In this document: positions 51,946 to 63,304 of the stretch, piece after piece | How the letters are laid out: the number at the start of each line of letters is the position of its first letter | Numbering within the stretch: the stretch's first letter is position 1 | Assembly (NCBI RefSeq): GCF_963921235.1 | Contig: NC_086109.1 | Location: forward strand, 10,542,001-10,606,000 | Direction of reading: 5' to 3' | DNA length: 64,000 nt | DNA from: Mobula hypostoma | Lineage: Eukaryota | Notes under the pieces: model-generated | What the model was told of the DNA's origin: nothing | What the model saw: only the letters and a program-made list of their open reading frames with translations | Databases searched by the model: none | Translations under genes and position numbers: made by a program

Positions 51946-52734
51946 AGGCGCGTGTCTGGGTGAACCCATGGTTAAAGATTGGTAGGGCAGCAGAGATCAC
52001 AGAGGGGGAGCGGTGAGGGAGGGCCTCACTGAACTCCTGTTGAAGAGAGGATTTAAAGTTCTTCAGGGTGGGTATACCTCAAAGAGAATTCACAGTGGAG
52101 CAGCAAATCATAGACGCAAAGATCCTGCAGATGACTGTACTCTTATTTCATCCCGTCCTCCTCCAGAGAGCTTCCAAGTGAAGCAGAAATTCACTCACAC
52201 TTCTTCCAGTCAAGTCCACTCCATTCACTGTGTTGGAACCATCCAACACTTTGCTTTGAGAATCACCTCAGTTGATTCCATAGACAACCCTAAGCTTGGC
52301 TTTAGTTCTCCTTCCAAATCCCACTCTGGCCTCTCTGTCTTTCGTCTCCTACACTAAAGCCTGATGTGAGTGGAGCAACAGAGCCTTTGCAATCTGCTTC
52401 ATCCCTCTTCTTCCAAACAGGACTGGACACTGTGTTCAGCATGGATGAGATGGGCCAAAAGGCCTGCTTTCATGCTTTATTTCCTTATGACTCGTTCTCT
52501 CTCTCTCTCTCTCTCTCGCTTTTCTTATCCCTCCACACTTCCCCTTCCACTTCCTCCTCTCCTCCCCCTCCATTCCCCTCTCTTCTCCACCTCCCTACTT
52601 TTCCTCTCATCCCCTTTTCCCTCTGTGGCTTGCAGCTTTGCCAACGTTTGGCTGAGCTTAGTCATTCTGTTCGAACGTAGTCAAGTCGGAAGTTTTGAAG
52701 GCGTGCAACATTGACCTCTGGTGGCAATGGGAAC

Positions 52735-53845
52735 CTCAGGCTGGCACTTCTTCACTCAGAGGATGGTGAGAGTATGGAACGAGCTGCCAGTGGGAATGGT
52801 GGATGCAGGTTCCACTTCGACATCTAAGAGAAGTTTGGATAAGAACATGGCTTGGAGGGGAATGGGGTGTGGTGCTATGGTCCAAGTTCAGGTTAATGGG
52901 ACTAGGCAGAATAACAGATCAGCAAGGACTAGATGGGTCAAAGGGCCTGGAGCAGTAATGTAGTGCTCTATGACCCGCTTGTAGTATTGTGAGCAGTTTT
53001 GGGCACCTAAAGGAAGGATGTGCCATAATTGGAGAGGATACAAAGGAGGTTCATGAGAATGATCCTGGGAATGAAAGGGTTATCACGTGAGGAGCGTTTG
53101 ATGGCTCTGAGCCTGTACTCGCTGGAGTTCAGAAGAATTCTGGGGGGGGGCGGGGGGGGTTCTCATTGAAACCCATCAAATATTGGACGGCCTAGATGGA
53201 GTGGCGAAGTGGTTAAGGCATTGGACTAGCGACCTGAAGGTCATGAGTTCGAGCCCCAGCTGAGGCAACGTGTTGTGTCCTTGAGCAAGGCATTTAATCA
53301 CATATTGCTCTGCGACGACACCGGTGCCAAGCTGTGTGGGTCCTAATGCCCTTCCCTTGGATAACATTGGTGTCGTGGAGAGGGGAGACTTGCAGCATGG
53401 GCAACTGCTGGTCTTCCATACAACCTTGCCCAGGCCTGTGCCTTGGAGAGTGAAGACTTTCCAGGCGCAGATCCATGGTCTCGCAAGACTAACGGATGCC
53501 TTTAAGATGGCGCGGATGTGGAGAGGAAGTTTCCTACAGTGGCGATGTCCAGGACCAGAGGGCATGGGTCTCAGAATATAAGGATTCTCTTTAGAACAGA
53601 GATGAGGAATTTCTTCAGCCAGAGGGTAGTGAATCTGTGGGATTCGTTGTCACTGATGACTGCGGAGGCCAAGTCACTGGGTATATTTAAAGCAGCAGTT
53701 GAGAGGTTCTTGATTAGTAAGGGTGTCGAAGGTTACAGGGAGAAAACAGGAGAATGGGGTTGACAGGGATAGTCAGCCATGGTGGAATGGCAGAGCAGAC
53801 TCGATGGACTGAATAGTCTAATTCTGCTCCTATATGGTCTTATCA
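52735..53845 (+). mobile_element. Two adjacent CR1 3' fragments; the second carries a SINE insertion
   Basis: FFTQRMVRVWNELP and RTRGH..FRTEMRNFFSQRVVNLWDSL motifs; CR1 tail ..gaatagtctaattctgctcctat..ggtcttat. Confidence 0.85.
53201..53504 (+). mobile_element. tRNA-headed SINE with RTE-type body and tail
   Basis: A-box tggcgaagtgg, B-box gagttcgagcc; tail ccatggtc..gactaacggatgcc; imperfect flanks agatggagtgg/agatggcgcgg. Confidence 0.8.
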
Positions 53846-53924
53846 TTCCATGTGAAATGGCTTAAAACTTGATCATCATCCTGTATATACAACTCTCATT
53901 TCAATGACCGGTATCAGACAGAAA

Positions 53925-54290
53925 CACACACACAAAATGCTGGAGGGACACAGCAGGTCAGGCAGTGTCTGTGGAAATGAATAAACGGTCGATGTTTCAG
54001 GTCAAAACGCTTCATCGGGGCTGGGAGGGAAAGGAGAGGACATCAAAATAAGATGTTGGGGGGAGGGAAGGTGTACAAACTAGAAGGTGATGGTGGGTGG
54101 GAGGGGAACAATTGAAGTGAGAAACTGGGAAGTGATTGGTGGAAAAGAAGGAGTCTGAAAGAGGAGGACAATGCACCATGGGAGAAAGGGAAGGAGGAGG
54201 GGCACTGGGGGAGGTGTCAGGCAGGTGAGGAGAAGAGAAAAGGTAAGGGAGGGAGACAGAGTGGGGAATGGAAGAAAGGGGAAGGGAGGT
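53925..54290 (-). mobile_element. Decayed PLE 3' fragment
   Basis: cacacaaaatgctggagg..ggtcaggcag..gtcgatgtttcagg..cttcatc, then purine-rich antisense 3'UTR. Confidence 0.75.
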
Positions 54291-54432
54291 CAGACAGAAT
54301 TAAGATTATTCCTAATGAAATTGTGGTGCAGTATTTTACCACAGTTAATCTCTTGCCTGATTGTTACCTTTGAGCAACAAACACAATAACACATTTGTTT
54401 CAAAGCTGTATGCACAGACTTTAGATATGATT

Positions 54433-55124
54433 GATTAGATTAGATTAGGTTAGATTATGAGGACACACAGTCCTCGTTTACTGTCATTTAGAAATGCATG
54501 CATTAAAAAATGATACAATGTTCCTCCAGTATGATATCACAGAAACACAAGACAGACCAAGACTAAAACTGGCAAAAACCACATAATTATAACATACAGT
54601 TACAACAGTGCAAAGCAATACTGTAATTTGATAAGAGCAGACCATGGGCATGGTAAAAAAAAGTCTCAAAGTCCCGATAGCCCCAACATCTCACGCAGAT
54701 GGTTGAAGGGAGAAACTCTCTTCCTGCCATGAGCTTCCAGCGCCGCAAACTTGCCGATGCAGCACCCTGGAAGCACCCGACCACAGTCCGACTCCCGATT
54801 CTGAGTCCGTCCGAAAACTTTGAGCCTCCGAGCAGCCCTCCGACACCGAGCTCCGAGCACCATCACTGCCGAGCGCTTCAACCCCACCCCGGCCGCCGAG
54901 CAATAGGCAAAGCCAAGGATTCGGGGCCTTCCCCTCCGGAGATTCTGGATCACACAGTAGCAGCGGCAGCGAAACAGGCATTTCAGAAGTTTCACCAGAT
55001 GTTCCTCCGTGCTCTCACATCCATCTCCATCAAATCAGAATTGTGCACGGCACCCTACTTGACAGATACAGATATTCATCACCGGAGAGGCCACGCGCGC
55101 TGCGTCGCGCCGCCATCTTCTCCT
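54433..55124 (-). mobile_element. Family X non-autonomous retroelement, copy 3
   Basis: (agatt)n-atgaggacac...cgccgccatcttctcc is the reverse complement of copies 1 and 2. Confidence 0.88.
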
Positions 55125-57376
55125 GCCGCGGGCTGGTGTTCATTGAAGAACCATTGCTACTCCAGTGAGGTTTGCCACACTTGCTGAAGAATTGAGCAAT
55201 GCACACAAAACGCCGGTGGAACTCAGCAAGTCAGGCCGTGTCTGCACAATCTCCTGTGTTTATGGCAAAGAACTGAGTTGCAAAAACAACATCTGGCCCC
55301 AATGAAATTTCTCCACAGGGGCTTTTTCTTGGTGGGCGAGGTACTGTTTGTAGCAGAGGTTGGTTCACTACCAGCGAGTTCCCAGCCCCAGGAGTGCCTG
55401 CAGAAAGTAGACTGTAGTGAGATCATATCAGCTCGAAAGGAAATAAAGGTGTCAAATCATAAAGGTATGCTGTAAGTCAGAATCAGAATCAGGTTTATTA
55501 TCACTGGCATGTGTTCTGAAATTTGCTAACTTAGTAGCAGCAGTTCAATGCAATACATAATATCAAAGAAGGAAAAAAAAGTAAATCAATTACAATATGC
55601 ATATATTGAATAGATTAAAAATTGTGCAAAAATAGAAATAATATATATTTAAGAAGTGAGGTAGTGTTCACAAGTTGAATGTCTATTTAGGAATTGGATG
55701 GCAAGGGGAAGAAGCTGTTCCTGAATCGCTGAGTGTGTGCCTTTAGGCTTCTGTACCTCCTACCTGATGGTAACAGTGAGAAAAGGGCATGCCCTGGGTG
55801 CTGGGGGTCCTTAATAATGGACGCTGCCTTTCTGAAACACCACTCCCTTGAAGATGTCCTGGATACTTTGTAGGCTAGTACCCAGGATGGACTAAATTTA
55901 CGACCCGCCGCAGCTTCTTTTGGTCCTGTGCAGTAGCTCCCTCCCCCCCCAGTACCAGGGAATTATCCTGTTATTCTATAGAAAATAATTCTGAAAGTTG
56001 TGAGGTAATTGAGGCCTGTGTGGACGTGTGTTGGGCTGTGCGCATGCTACGTTGGTGCTGGAAGTATGGCAATACGTGTGAGGTGTCCAACACGTTCCTC
56101 GCCGATTCGATTTGACACGTTACATTACACTGTATGTTTCGCTGTACATTGACAAATAAAGCTGACCTTTAAATCTTTATGTGGCCCAGAAAGCCAGTTG
56201 GGTCTGCGACAGATCAACAATGATTGTGTTGAAAGGGGGTGGTGGTGTTGAACTACATCTGTTTCTAATTTGTGTTCTTTGCATCTCCTAACCAATAATG
56301 TCAGCAAGTTATTTTTGGGGACCCCATTCTGCATTGTGGATCTACATTGGGCATCCTCTGAACACTCACAGAGAGCTCGGAACAGTATATTGCAGTACAG
56401 GCCCTTCAGCTTATGATATTGTTCTCATCTTTTGACCTATTCCAGTACCAATCTAGTCCTTCTGTCCCACACAGGTCCACGGTTTTCATTCATGTGCTAT
56501 GTAAGATTCTCTTAAATATTCCTACCCCAGCGTATCTGCCTCTTTCACACATCTCAGCAGTGCGCTCCATGCATTTACCACTCGATGTTCAAAGTTCAAA
56601 GTTAATTTTATTATCAAAGTACATATACGTCCCTGAGATTCATTTTCTTGTGGGTATACTTGAGAAATCCATAGAATAATAACTATAACAGAATCAAATG
56701 AAAGACCGCCCGGCTTGAGCATTCATCCAGAATGCTGAAGACAACAAACTCTGCAAATACAGAAAGAAGAAATAATAATAATAAATAAATGTTGAGAACG
56801 TGAGATGAAGAGTCCTTGAAAGTGAGTCCATTGGTTGTGGGAACATTTCAGTAATGGGTCAAGTGAAGTTGAGTGAAGTTATCCTCTTTGCTTCGAGACC
56901 CCGATAGTTGAGGGGTGGTAACTGTTCATGAACCTGCTGGAGTGAATCCTGAGGCTCCTGTACCTTCTTCCTGATGGCAGCAGTGAGAAGAGAGTATGTG
57001 TAAAATAAACCTATCTCTGATGTGCCCTCTGTACTTACCCCCAATCTCTTAAAAATTATGCCGTTTCATGTTAGCCATTGCTAACACAAGGAAAAGGTGA
57101 CGTTTGTCCACTCTATCTCTGCCTCTAATCATCTTTTCCTTCTCTATCAAGTCGCCACTCATCCTCCTTCACTCTAAAGATAACATCTGTAGCTCACTCA
57201 ACTTTTCCCCATAAAACGTTCTCCAATCCAGGCAGCATCCTGGTGAACCTCCTCTGCACCTTCTCTACAGCTTCCACATCCTTCCTATAATGAGGCAACC
57301 CAGAATTGAACAGAAGTGTGATCTCACCAGTTTTATAGAGCTGGAACATTACCCCATGTCCCTTGAACTTAATTTT

Positions 57377-58051
57377 TTAGATTTAGATTATGAGGACATG
57401 CAGTCCTCTTTTATTGTCATTTAGTAATGCATGCATTAAGAAATGATACAATGTTTCTCCAATATGATATCACAGAAACGCAAGACAAACCAAGACTAAA
57501 AAAACTGACAAAAACCACGTAATTATAACATATAGTTACAACAGTGCAAAGCAATACCATAATGTGATAAAGAACAGACTATGGGCACGGTAAAAAAGAG
57601 TCTCAAAGTCTCTCGAAAGTCCCATCATCTCACGCAGACAGTAGAAGGAAGAAAAAAGATCTCCCTGCCATGAGCTTCCAGCGCCACAAACTTGGCGATG
57701 CAACATCCTGAAAGCACCCGACCACAGCCGACTCTTGAGTCCGTCCGAAAACTTCGAGCCTCCGACCAGCCCTCCGACACCGAGCACCGAGCGCCATCTC
57801 TGCCGAGCGCTTGGACCCCAGCCCCAGCAACAGGCAATAGGCAAAGCTGAGGATTTAGGGCCTTCCCCTCTGGAGATTCTCGATCGCACAGCAGCAGCGG
57901 CAGTGAGGCGGGCATTTCAGAAGTTTCTCCAGATGTTCCTCTGCGCTTTCATATCTGTATCCATCAAATCAGGATTGTGCACGGCGCCTACTTAACAAAT
58001 ACGATATCATTTCAGAGCGGCCGCGCGCGCTGCCATCTTCTCCTCCCCTCC
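57377..58051 (-). mobile_element. Family X non-autonomous retroelement, copy 4
   Basis: ttagatttagattatgaggac...tgccatcttctcctcc; colinear with copy 3. Confidence 0.88.
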
Positions 58052-58313
58052 AACTGTGACTAATGAAGTACAGACTCCGCACAGAATGGCGCCGGAATTG
58101 AACTCCAAACGCTGAAATGCCCCGGGCTGTAATAGCATCATGCTAATTGCTACGTGGCAGTCATGGGGCGAAGGGGCAGATTGAGACACGGCATCGATTC
58201 CCCAAAGAATTGGCGCTTCCATCTTGGCTCGGGGCAAGTTGGTGGTAGGCTGCTCCTCTCGTTCCAGTTCATCAAACTGAAACTCTGCTGGGTCCATATG
58301 AGCACAATTGAAC

Positions 58314-58618
58314 TGTGATGAAGCCGGTTTGGACCCGAATCCTTGAGTATCCGAAACAAGGACTGAGATATGGTGTCAAACTGAATCGAGAACTGAGCAC
58401 AAAACAAGCACTAGACGATATCAGAAGTCGGGCTTACAACTGAGCGCTGAACTTCAGATTAGGTGCTCTTTAAATACTCGATTCTTGGCACCCAAAACGT
58501 GATTGCCAATTAGCGGGACCATCCTGAACCCTTAAAGGGGCCACGCCAGCTATCCATACTCTGGAGAATTCGAGCATCCAAATCCCACAGGATGGCGTGT
58601 TGGGAGTGTTTCTTAACA
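58314..58618 (-). repeat. Gypsy LTR, about 305 bp
   Basis: Minus strand starts TGTTAAG three nt after the G-tract, has tatttaaag (TATA-like) and ends ..TCACA. Confidence 0.7.
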
Positions 58619-59412
58619 GGACCCCCCCCCCAATACAGCCAACTCCTGACACCCCGGGTGCTTGGAGAGGCAGGGATGGTAATCGTGGATGAGAGTCAGA
58701 TCCAGGATGTCTCTTTCAGGCATGCATTGCCTTTCCTCAGGTCCGAATCTTTCCCAGTCCATGTGGTATTGCCAAACACCCCGAACAGTACATGAGTCCA
58801 AAGGTCTTCTCACTGTGAAGACCTGTTCCTCGTCGATAAACCTGGGTGGCAGAAGGGTCAATAGTGGTGGGGCTAAGGGGCAGGTGCAGACAGGTTTTAA
58901 TTTGGAGATGTGGAATGTGGAGTTGATCTTTAGGGTCTTGGGGAGCTGCAAGGTGTAAGCCACCTGGTTTTACTTTCCTCAGGGTTTTGAAGAGTCTGAT
59001 GAACTTGGGTGCCAAGTTTCTAGACTCCACTCAGAAAGGCAAGTCATGAGTAGACAGCCAGGCCGTTTGCCCAGGCTGCAAAGCGGGTCCCTGTTTTTTT
59101 CTTTAGTTCACCGAGCTCGCCAGCTTCCGGGTTGAGGCCAGCAAACCCTCTCTTGCCCCAATTCATTTCTGCTTACAGTGTTGGATGAGATCTTTGGCCT
59201 CAGGGACCCCAACCTCAGCCTACTCTTCCAGGAAGAGAGCTGGAGGATAACCAAGCTGGCACTCGAATTGTGACATCTCATGCGCCAGATGCTGTAAGGT
59301 GTTGTGGGTAACCTCTGCCCACATCAAACGCTCACACCACCATCGGGTCTTTCTGAGGCCAGGCATCTCAGGGTTTGTTCTAAGCCTTGGTTGGTCCACT
59401 CTGTCTGGCTCT

Positions 59413-59947
59413 TCAAATGTGAAATGCCCTTAGAGAGTAAGACCATATATTTTGGGTATATACCTCAAGAATGGTTGAAAAGAGATACACATTTAATGAA
59501 CATACTGCTGGTGGCTGGTAAAAAGACCCTTACCAGGAAATGGTTATCACAGGAGAGCCAAACTTTAAATGTATGGATGGAAATTACAATGGATATTTAC
59601 AGAATGGAGAAGATAACAGCATCTGTTAATCATAAGTTGGAACAATTTTATTCATACTGGGAAAAATGGTTTAACTACATAACACCTCATAGGCCTGATT
59701 TTATTCTCACAAGTCAATGAATATGTTGTAAAAAAAAAGATCACTCCCTACTTTGTACATAGTTTTTCTTCTTTTGATTGTTCTTTCTTTCCCCTCCTTT
59801 CTATAAATGTAAACCTCAGATAAATATTATGTGGAGATTTGTGACAAATATGATTATATGATATATATGTACAGTATCTGAAATACATCTTATGGAAATG
59901 TTTGTTCGATGATGAACTTCAATAAAAAATAAATTACAGAAAAAAAA
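59413..59947 (+). mobile_element. 5'-truncated L1-type LINE inserted in the Gypsy integrase
   Basis: ILLVAGKKTLTRKWL..W.....MEKIT..F.SYW.KW* is an L1 ORF2 C-terminus; aataaa and poly-A; integrase sequence resumes on both sides. Confidence 0.85.
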
Positions 59948-60100
59948 GGAACTGCGGCTGAAACCCAGAGGAAGGGCTTTCTGTTGCCTCTTTTGGAACA
60001 GCTTCCGGAAATGTGATGCAAATTGTGGACCATGATCAGGGACAATGTCCACCAGGAATTCGTGGATCTTGAAGACCTCATCCAGGACAATTCCGGCCGA

Positions 60101-60357
60101 CCCTGGCACCATGCCAGAGTACCATGATCTTTGAAAGATCCTTATTAATGCCTCCACAATCTCTGCCGCTACCTCTTTCAGAACCCTCGGGTGCAGTTCA
60201 TCAGATCCGGGTGACTTACGAACCCTCAGGTCTTTCAGCTTTTTGAGCACCTTCTCCCTGGTAATAGTGACTGCACTCACTTCCATTCCCTCGCACCCTT
60301 CAACACCTGGCACACTGCTAGTATCTTCCACAGTGAAGACTGATGCAAAATACTGAT
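60101..60357 (-). mobile_element. CR1 ORF2 internal fragment
   Basis: QYFASVFTVED..KSPGSDELHPRVLKEVA.EI...IFQ.S...GMVP. Confidence 0.88.
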
Positions 60358-60361
60358 ACCA

Positions 60362-60637
60362 TGAGGAACACGCTATTCTGGTTTTAGTGAGCTGCACCAT
60401 CCAGCAGCCCACCTATTTATCCCTAGACTAATCACAGGACAATTTACAATGACTAATTAACCTAATAACTAGCATGTCTTTGGACAATGGGAGGAAACCG
60501 GAGCACGTGGAGGAAACCCGCATGTTCACGAGGAGGATGTACAAACACCTTACAGATGGCGTTGGAACTGAACTCCAAATTCCAACGCCCTGAACTATAA
60601 TAGCATTGCGCGAACAGCCACACTACCGTAGCGCCCC
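60362..60637 (-). mobile_element. tRNA-derived V-SINE (HE1-like)
   Basis: gggaggaaaccggagcacgtggaggaaacccgca (antisense V-domain) and head ..ccacactaccgtagcgccc. Confidence 0.8.
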
Positions 60638-60799
60638 AATTATACCTGAGGTAGAAATACAGAATTCTGGAAAGGATTGAGTGGTTGGGCATCCAGTTTG
60701 CTGGAAACAGTTCATACCTGCGGTGACATTTATAATTCCTCTCTGTGGCGACGTCGTGAATGGGAATATTGAGCTGCGAGCAGCCAACTGACTCCACTC

Positions 60800-61106
60800 A
60801 TGACATCACTAGGCGCTGGCTCATGGTAATTGCCAGGGAAATTCCACCCAAAGTATTAAGTGTTTAGTTGTACAAGACCTGTAATCTTTTACTGAAGCAT
60901 TGGCGAGTTTGCTGCTCTATTATTTAATAGAATTCCAAACAGTTTGCAGTTCCAATAATGTTCTGATTTCCCTTTTGAGTAATACTTGGCGATGTTTTCA
61001 GACCCTCCTATGTTCTGCACATTCTGCTGACTGGGTCTGGGTTGGGACTGGAGGCCGTGACGTCAGAATTAGTTCCCGGACAAGGAGGAAATGAGTGGGA
61101 GTTTCC
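60800..61106. promoter_or_regulatory. Candidate enhancer: two NF-kB consensus sites, a full CRE, a CRE-like site and an ETS core
   Basis: TGACATCA 60801-60808, GGGAAATTCC 60836-60845, TGACGTCA 61058-61065, GAGGAAAT about 61085-61092, GGGAGTTTCC 61097-61106, in apparently unique sequence. Motif evidence only. Confidence 0.35.
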
Positions 61107-61202
61107 TCCTGTGTTGCCCAGCTGAAGGACGGTCAGCCCACTGGGCTTGTTCAATATTGACTGACAGATGTGGGTTCATGTGTGGCAGACAGGACTTGGC
61201 AC

Positions 61203-61920
61203 ACCACGTGCAAACTGCTGGAGGAACTCGGCAGGTCAGGCAGCATCTATGGAGGGGAATGAACAGTCTTCATGTAGGGCTGAGACCCTTCATCAGGAAT
61301 GGAAAGGAAGGGGGCAGTAGCCAGAAGAAGAAGGTGGTGGGGGGAGTACAAGCTGGCAGGTGATTAGGTGAAGCCAGGTGAGGGGAAGGTAGGCGGGCGG
61401 GGGAGTGGATATGAAGTGAGAAGCTGGGAAGGGATTGATGGAAAAGGTAAAGGGCTGAAGAAGGAGGAATTTGATAGGAGAGGAGAGTGGGCCATCAGAT
61501 AAAGAGAAGGAGGAGGGGGTCCAGAAGGAGGTGATGGCCAGGTCATGAAGAGTAGGGCTGAGAGGGTCACCAGAATGGGGGCTCACCTGTCCTTCTGTCA
61601 GTTTCCCACATCAGTTTCCTTCCTAACCTGGCCTTACCTATCACCTGCCAGCTCGTATTCCTACCTAACCTGGTCTTACCTATCATCTGCCAGCTTGTAT
61701 TCCTTCCTAACCTGGCCTTACCTATCTAACCTGGTCTTACCTATCATCTGCCAGCTTGTACTCTCCCCTTCCCCTCCCCTTCTCATTCTGGCTTCTTCCC
61801 CCTTCCTTTCCAGGGTCTCAGCCTGAAGTGTCAACTGTCACTTGTCTCCATAGTTGCTGCCTGGCCTCTAAAGTTCCTCCAGCATTTTGTCTGTCACCAA
61901 AGACTTCTGTAGAATCTGTT
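61203..61920. mobile_element. Inverted pair of decayed PLE 3' ends (minus about 61203-61580, plus about 61620-61920)
   Basis: gtacaagctggcaggtgat..aggtgaagccagg is mirrored by cctggccttacctatcacctgccagct; both arms end in the PLE tail. Confidence 0.8.
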
Positions 61921-62174
61921 ATGTTGGGATTGAGAGAGAGGTGGATCAGCCAGGATCAAATGGTGGAGAAGACTCCATGGGCTGGGTGGCCCAATTCCGC
62001 TCCAATGTCTTATGGTCTTTGGCGCTGTTGCCATTTTCTTTATTGGGCTGCCCACCTTTCAGGCCGTGGACTCCTCAGTCAGGTCTTTGCCTTGATGCCA
62101 GGGGCTGTTTATACGTTGTAGTGAGTGCAGTAAAGGTGATTTTAGTGACCTTCCCAGTTCAAAATCACCTGGAT

Positions 62175-62376
62175 GTTGTTTGTTGTTCCTCTCTGCGCCC
62201 TGCGACACCTTGGGTGGCAACCTTGCCGTTTCATTAGCATTTTTTACGAGGCTGAGTTGCTAGCTCAAATCTCACCCCAGCAAGGGATGGAAAACCTGCA
62301 AGGAACCAGCTGGATTTGAACTCAGGACCACTCCCCTCGAAGTCTGGTGCGGATGCTACTACACCACCGGTTGGCT
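62175..62376 (-). mobile_element. tRNA-derived SINE with the same head as 42897-43200 but a different tail
   Basis: Shared ttttacgaggc.gagttgc.agctc..ggatgga..gcaagg.a.cc.gc.gg.ttt.gaac block; tail ..ggcgcagagagg(aac)n on the minus strand. Confidence 0.7.
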
Positions 62377-62820
62377 AAAAAAATCCACCGGTAATTTTCA
62401 TTAATTATAGATCATAGAACATGGAGACTAAGCAGAATAACAGTTTGGCACAGACTAGATGGGCTGAAGGGCCTGCTTTGCTGCTGTGCTGCTCTATGAC
62501 TATGAAACATAGAATAAGAACAGGAAGTGACCCTTCAATGCACTATCTCTGTGCTGAGCACAACACCAATTTCAGCTGTGCATCTGCCAACACATGATCT
62601 ATATCTCTCCATTCTTTATCTGTGTATGTTCCTTTCTAGATGCCTCTCAAGTGTTGAGATCGGATCTGGTGTCACCACTTCCCCTGGCAATGTGTTTTAG
62701 GCACCCGCCACTCTCTGCACATCTTTAAACCTTCCCCTTTTCGCCTTGATGCCGTACCTTCTGGTGTTTGGCTCCTTTCAACCTTTGCAACAAGTCTCTG
62801 TCAATCTACCTCTATCTTCT

Positions 62821-63300
62821 GAGGCCCTCCGTTAGTCATGGATGACCATGGTTGTTGTGTGCTAGCTGTCTATGTATGCAGGCAAGCCAGGGCAGTACGG
62901 TATGGACAGCAAGCTAGACTTCCCCTCTCCACGCAGGTATTGATAGAATTTGGCACCAGAGGCATCACAGGATTTGCCAACTAGCATTGAACTCAAGGCA
63001 GGACTGCCTTAGGGACTCCAGCTTCTGATATTTCCTAAGGGTTTACTCCTAAAGCCTTTCCCATGAGTGGTATAGCCGCAAGAGGCTTGAAATCAGAGTT
63101 TTCCTCCTCCCAGATGAGCTGCTAACCACTGCTGACAAGCTCATTCTGCCTGAAGCAACTGGTTTTGAGGCACCAGCAACCTGCCTTTTCCCCTTCTCCT
63201 GTCAGTCCCACCAGGCTAGTAGCTCAGCCACATGTGAGGGCCAGTAGTTGGACTTGATTGTCAGAGGCTGTTTGAGATGCACACCATTGGGAGCATTCAA
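62821..63300 (-). mobile_element. RTE-type bipartite non-autonomous element
   Basis: Minus-strand tail ccatggtcatccatgactaacggagggcc; body similar to 3766-4350 and to the 53201 SINE body. Confidence 0.55.
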
Positions 63301-63304
63301 TAGA

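Larger units (their letters stand above)
58170..60100 (-). mobile_element. Decayed chromodomain-type Gypsy (Sushi/Tf2-like): integrase core, chromodomain, PPT, LTR, then a second internal start
   Basis: Minus-strand VFKIH..DIVPDHGPQF, QTEWTNQGLEQTLRCL, LAPKFI, AYTLQLP..INSTFHISKLKP, FTVRR.LD...QY..DWE.FGPEER; poly-G PPT at 58622-58631. Confidence 0.88.

Noticed and set aside
53201..53262. tRNA gene
   Set aside because: A/B boxes are present, but the sequence continues into a SINE body and tail and sits inside a CR1; it is a SINE head.
59816..60412. 198-aa ORF as a novel fusion gene
   Set aside because: Chance in-frame chimera of SINE, CR1, Gypsy integrase and antisense L1 tail fragments.
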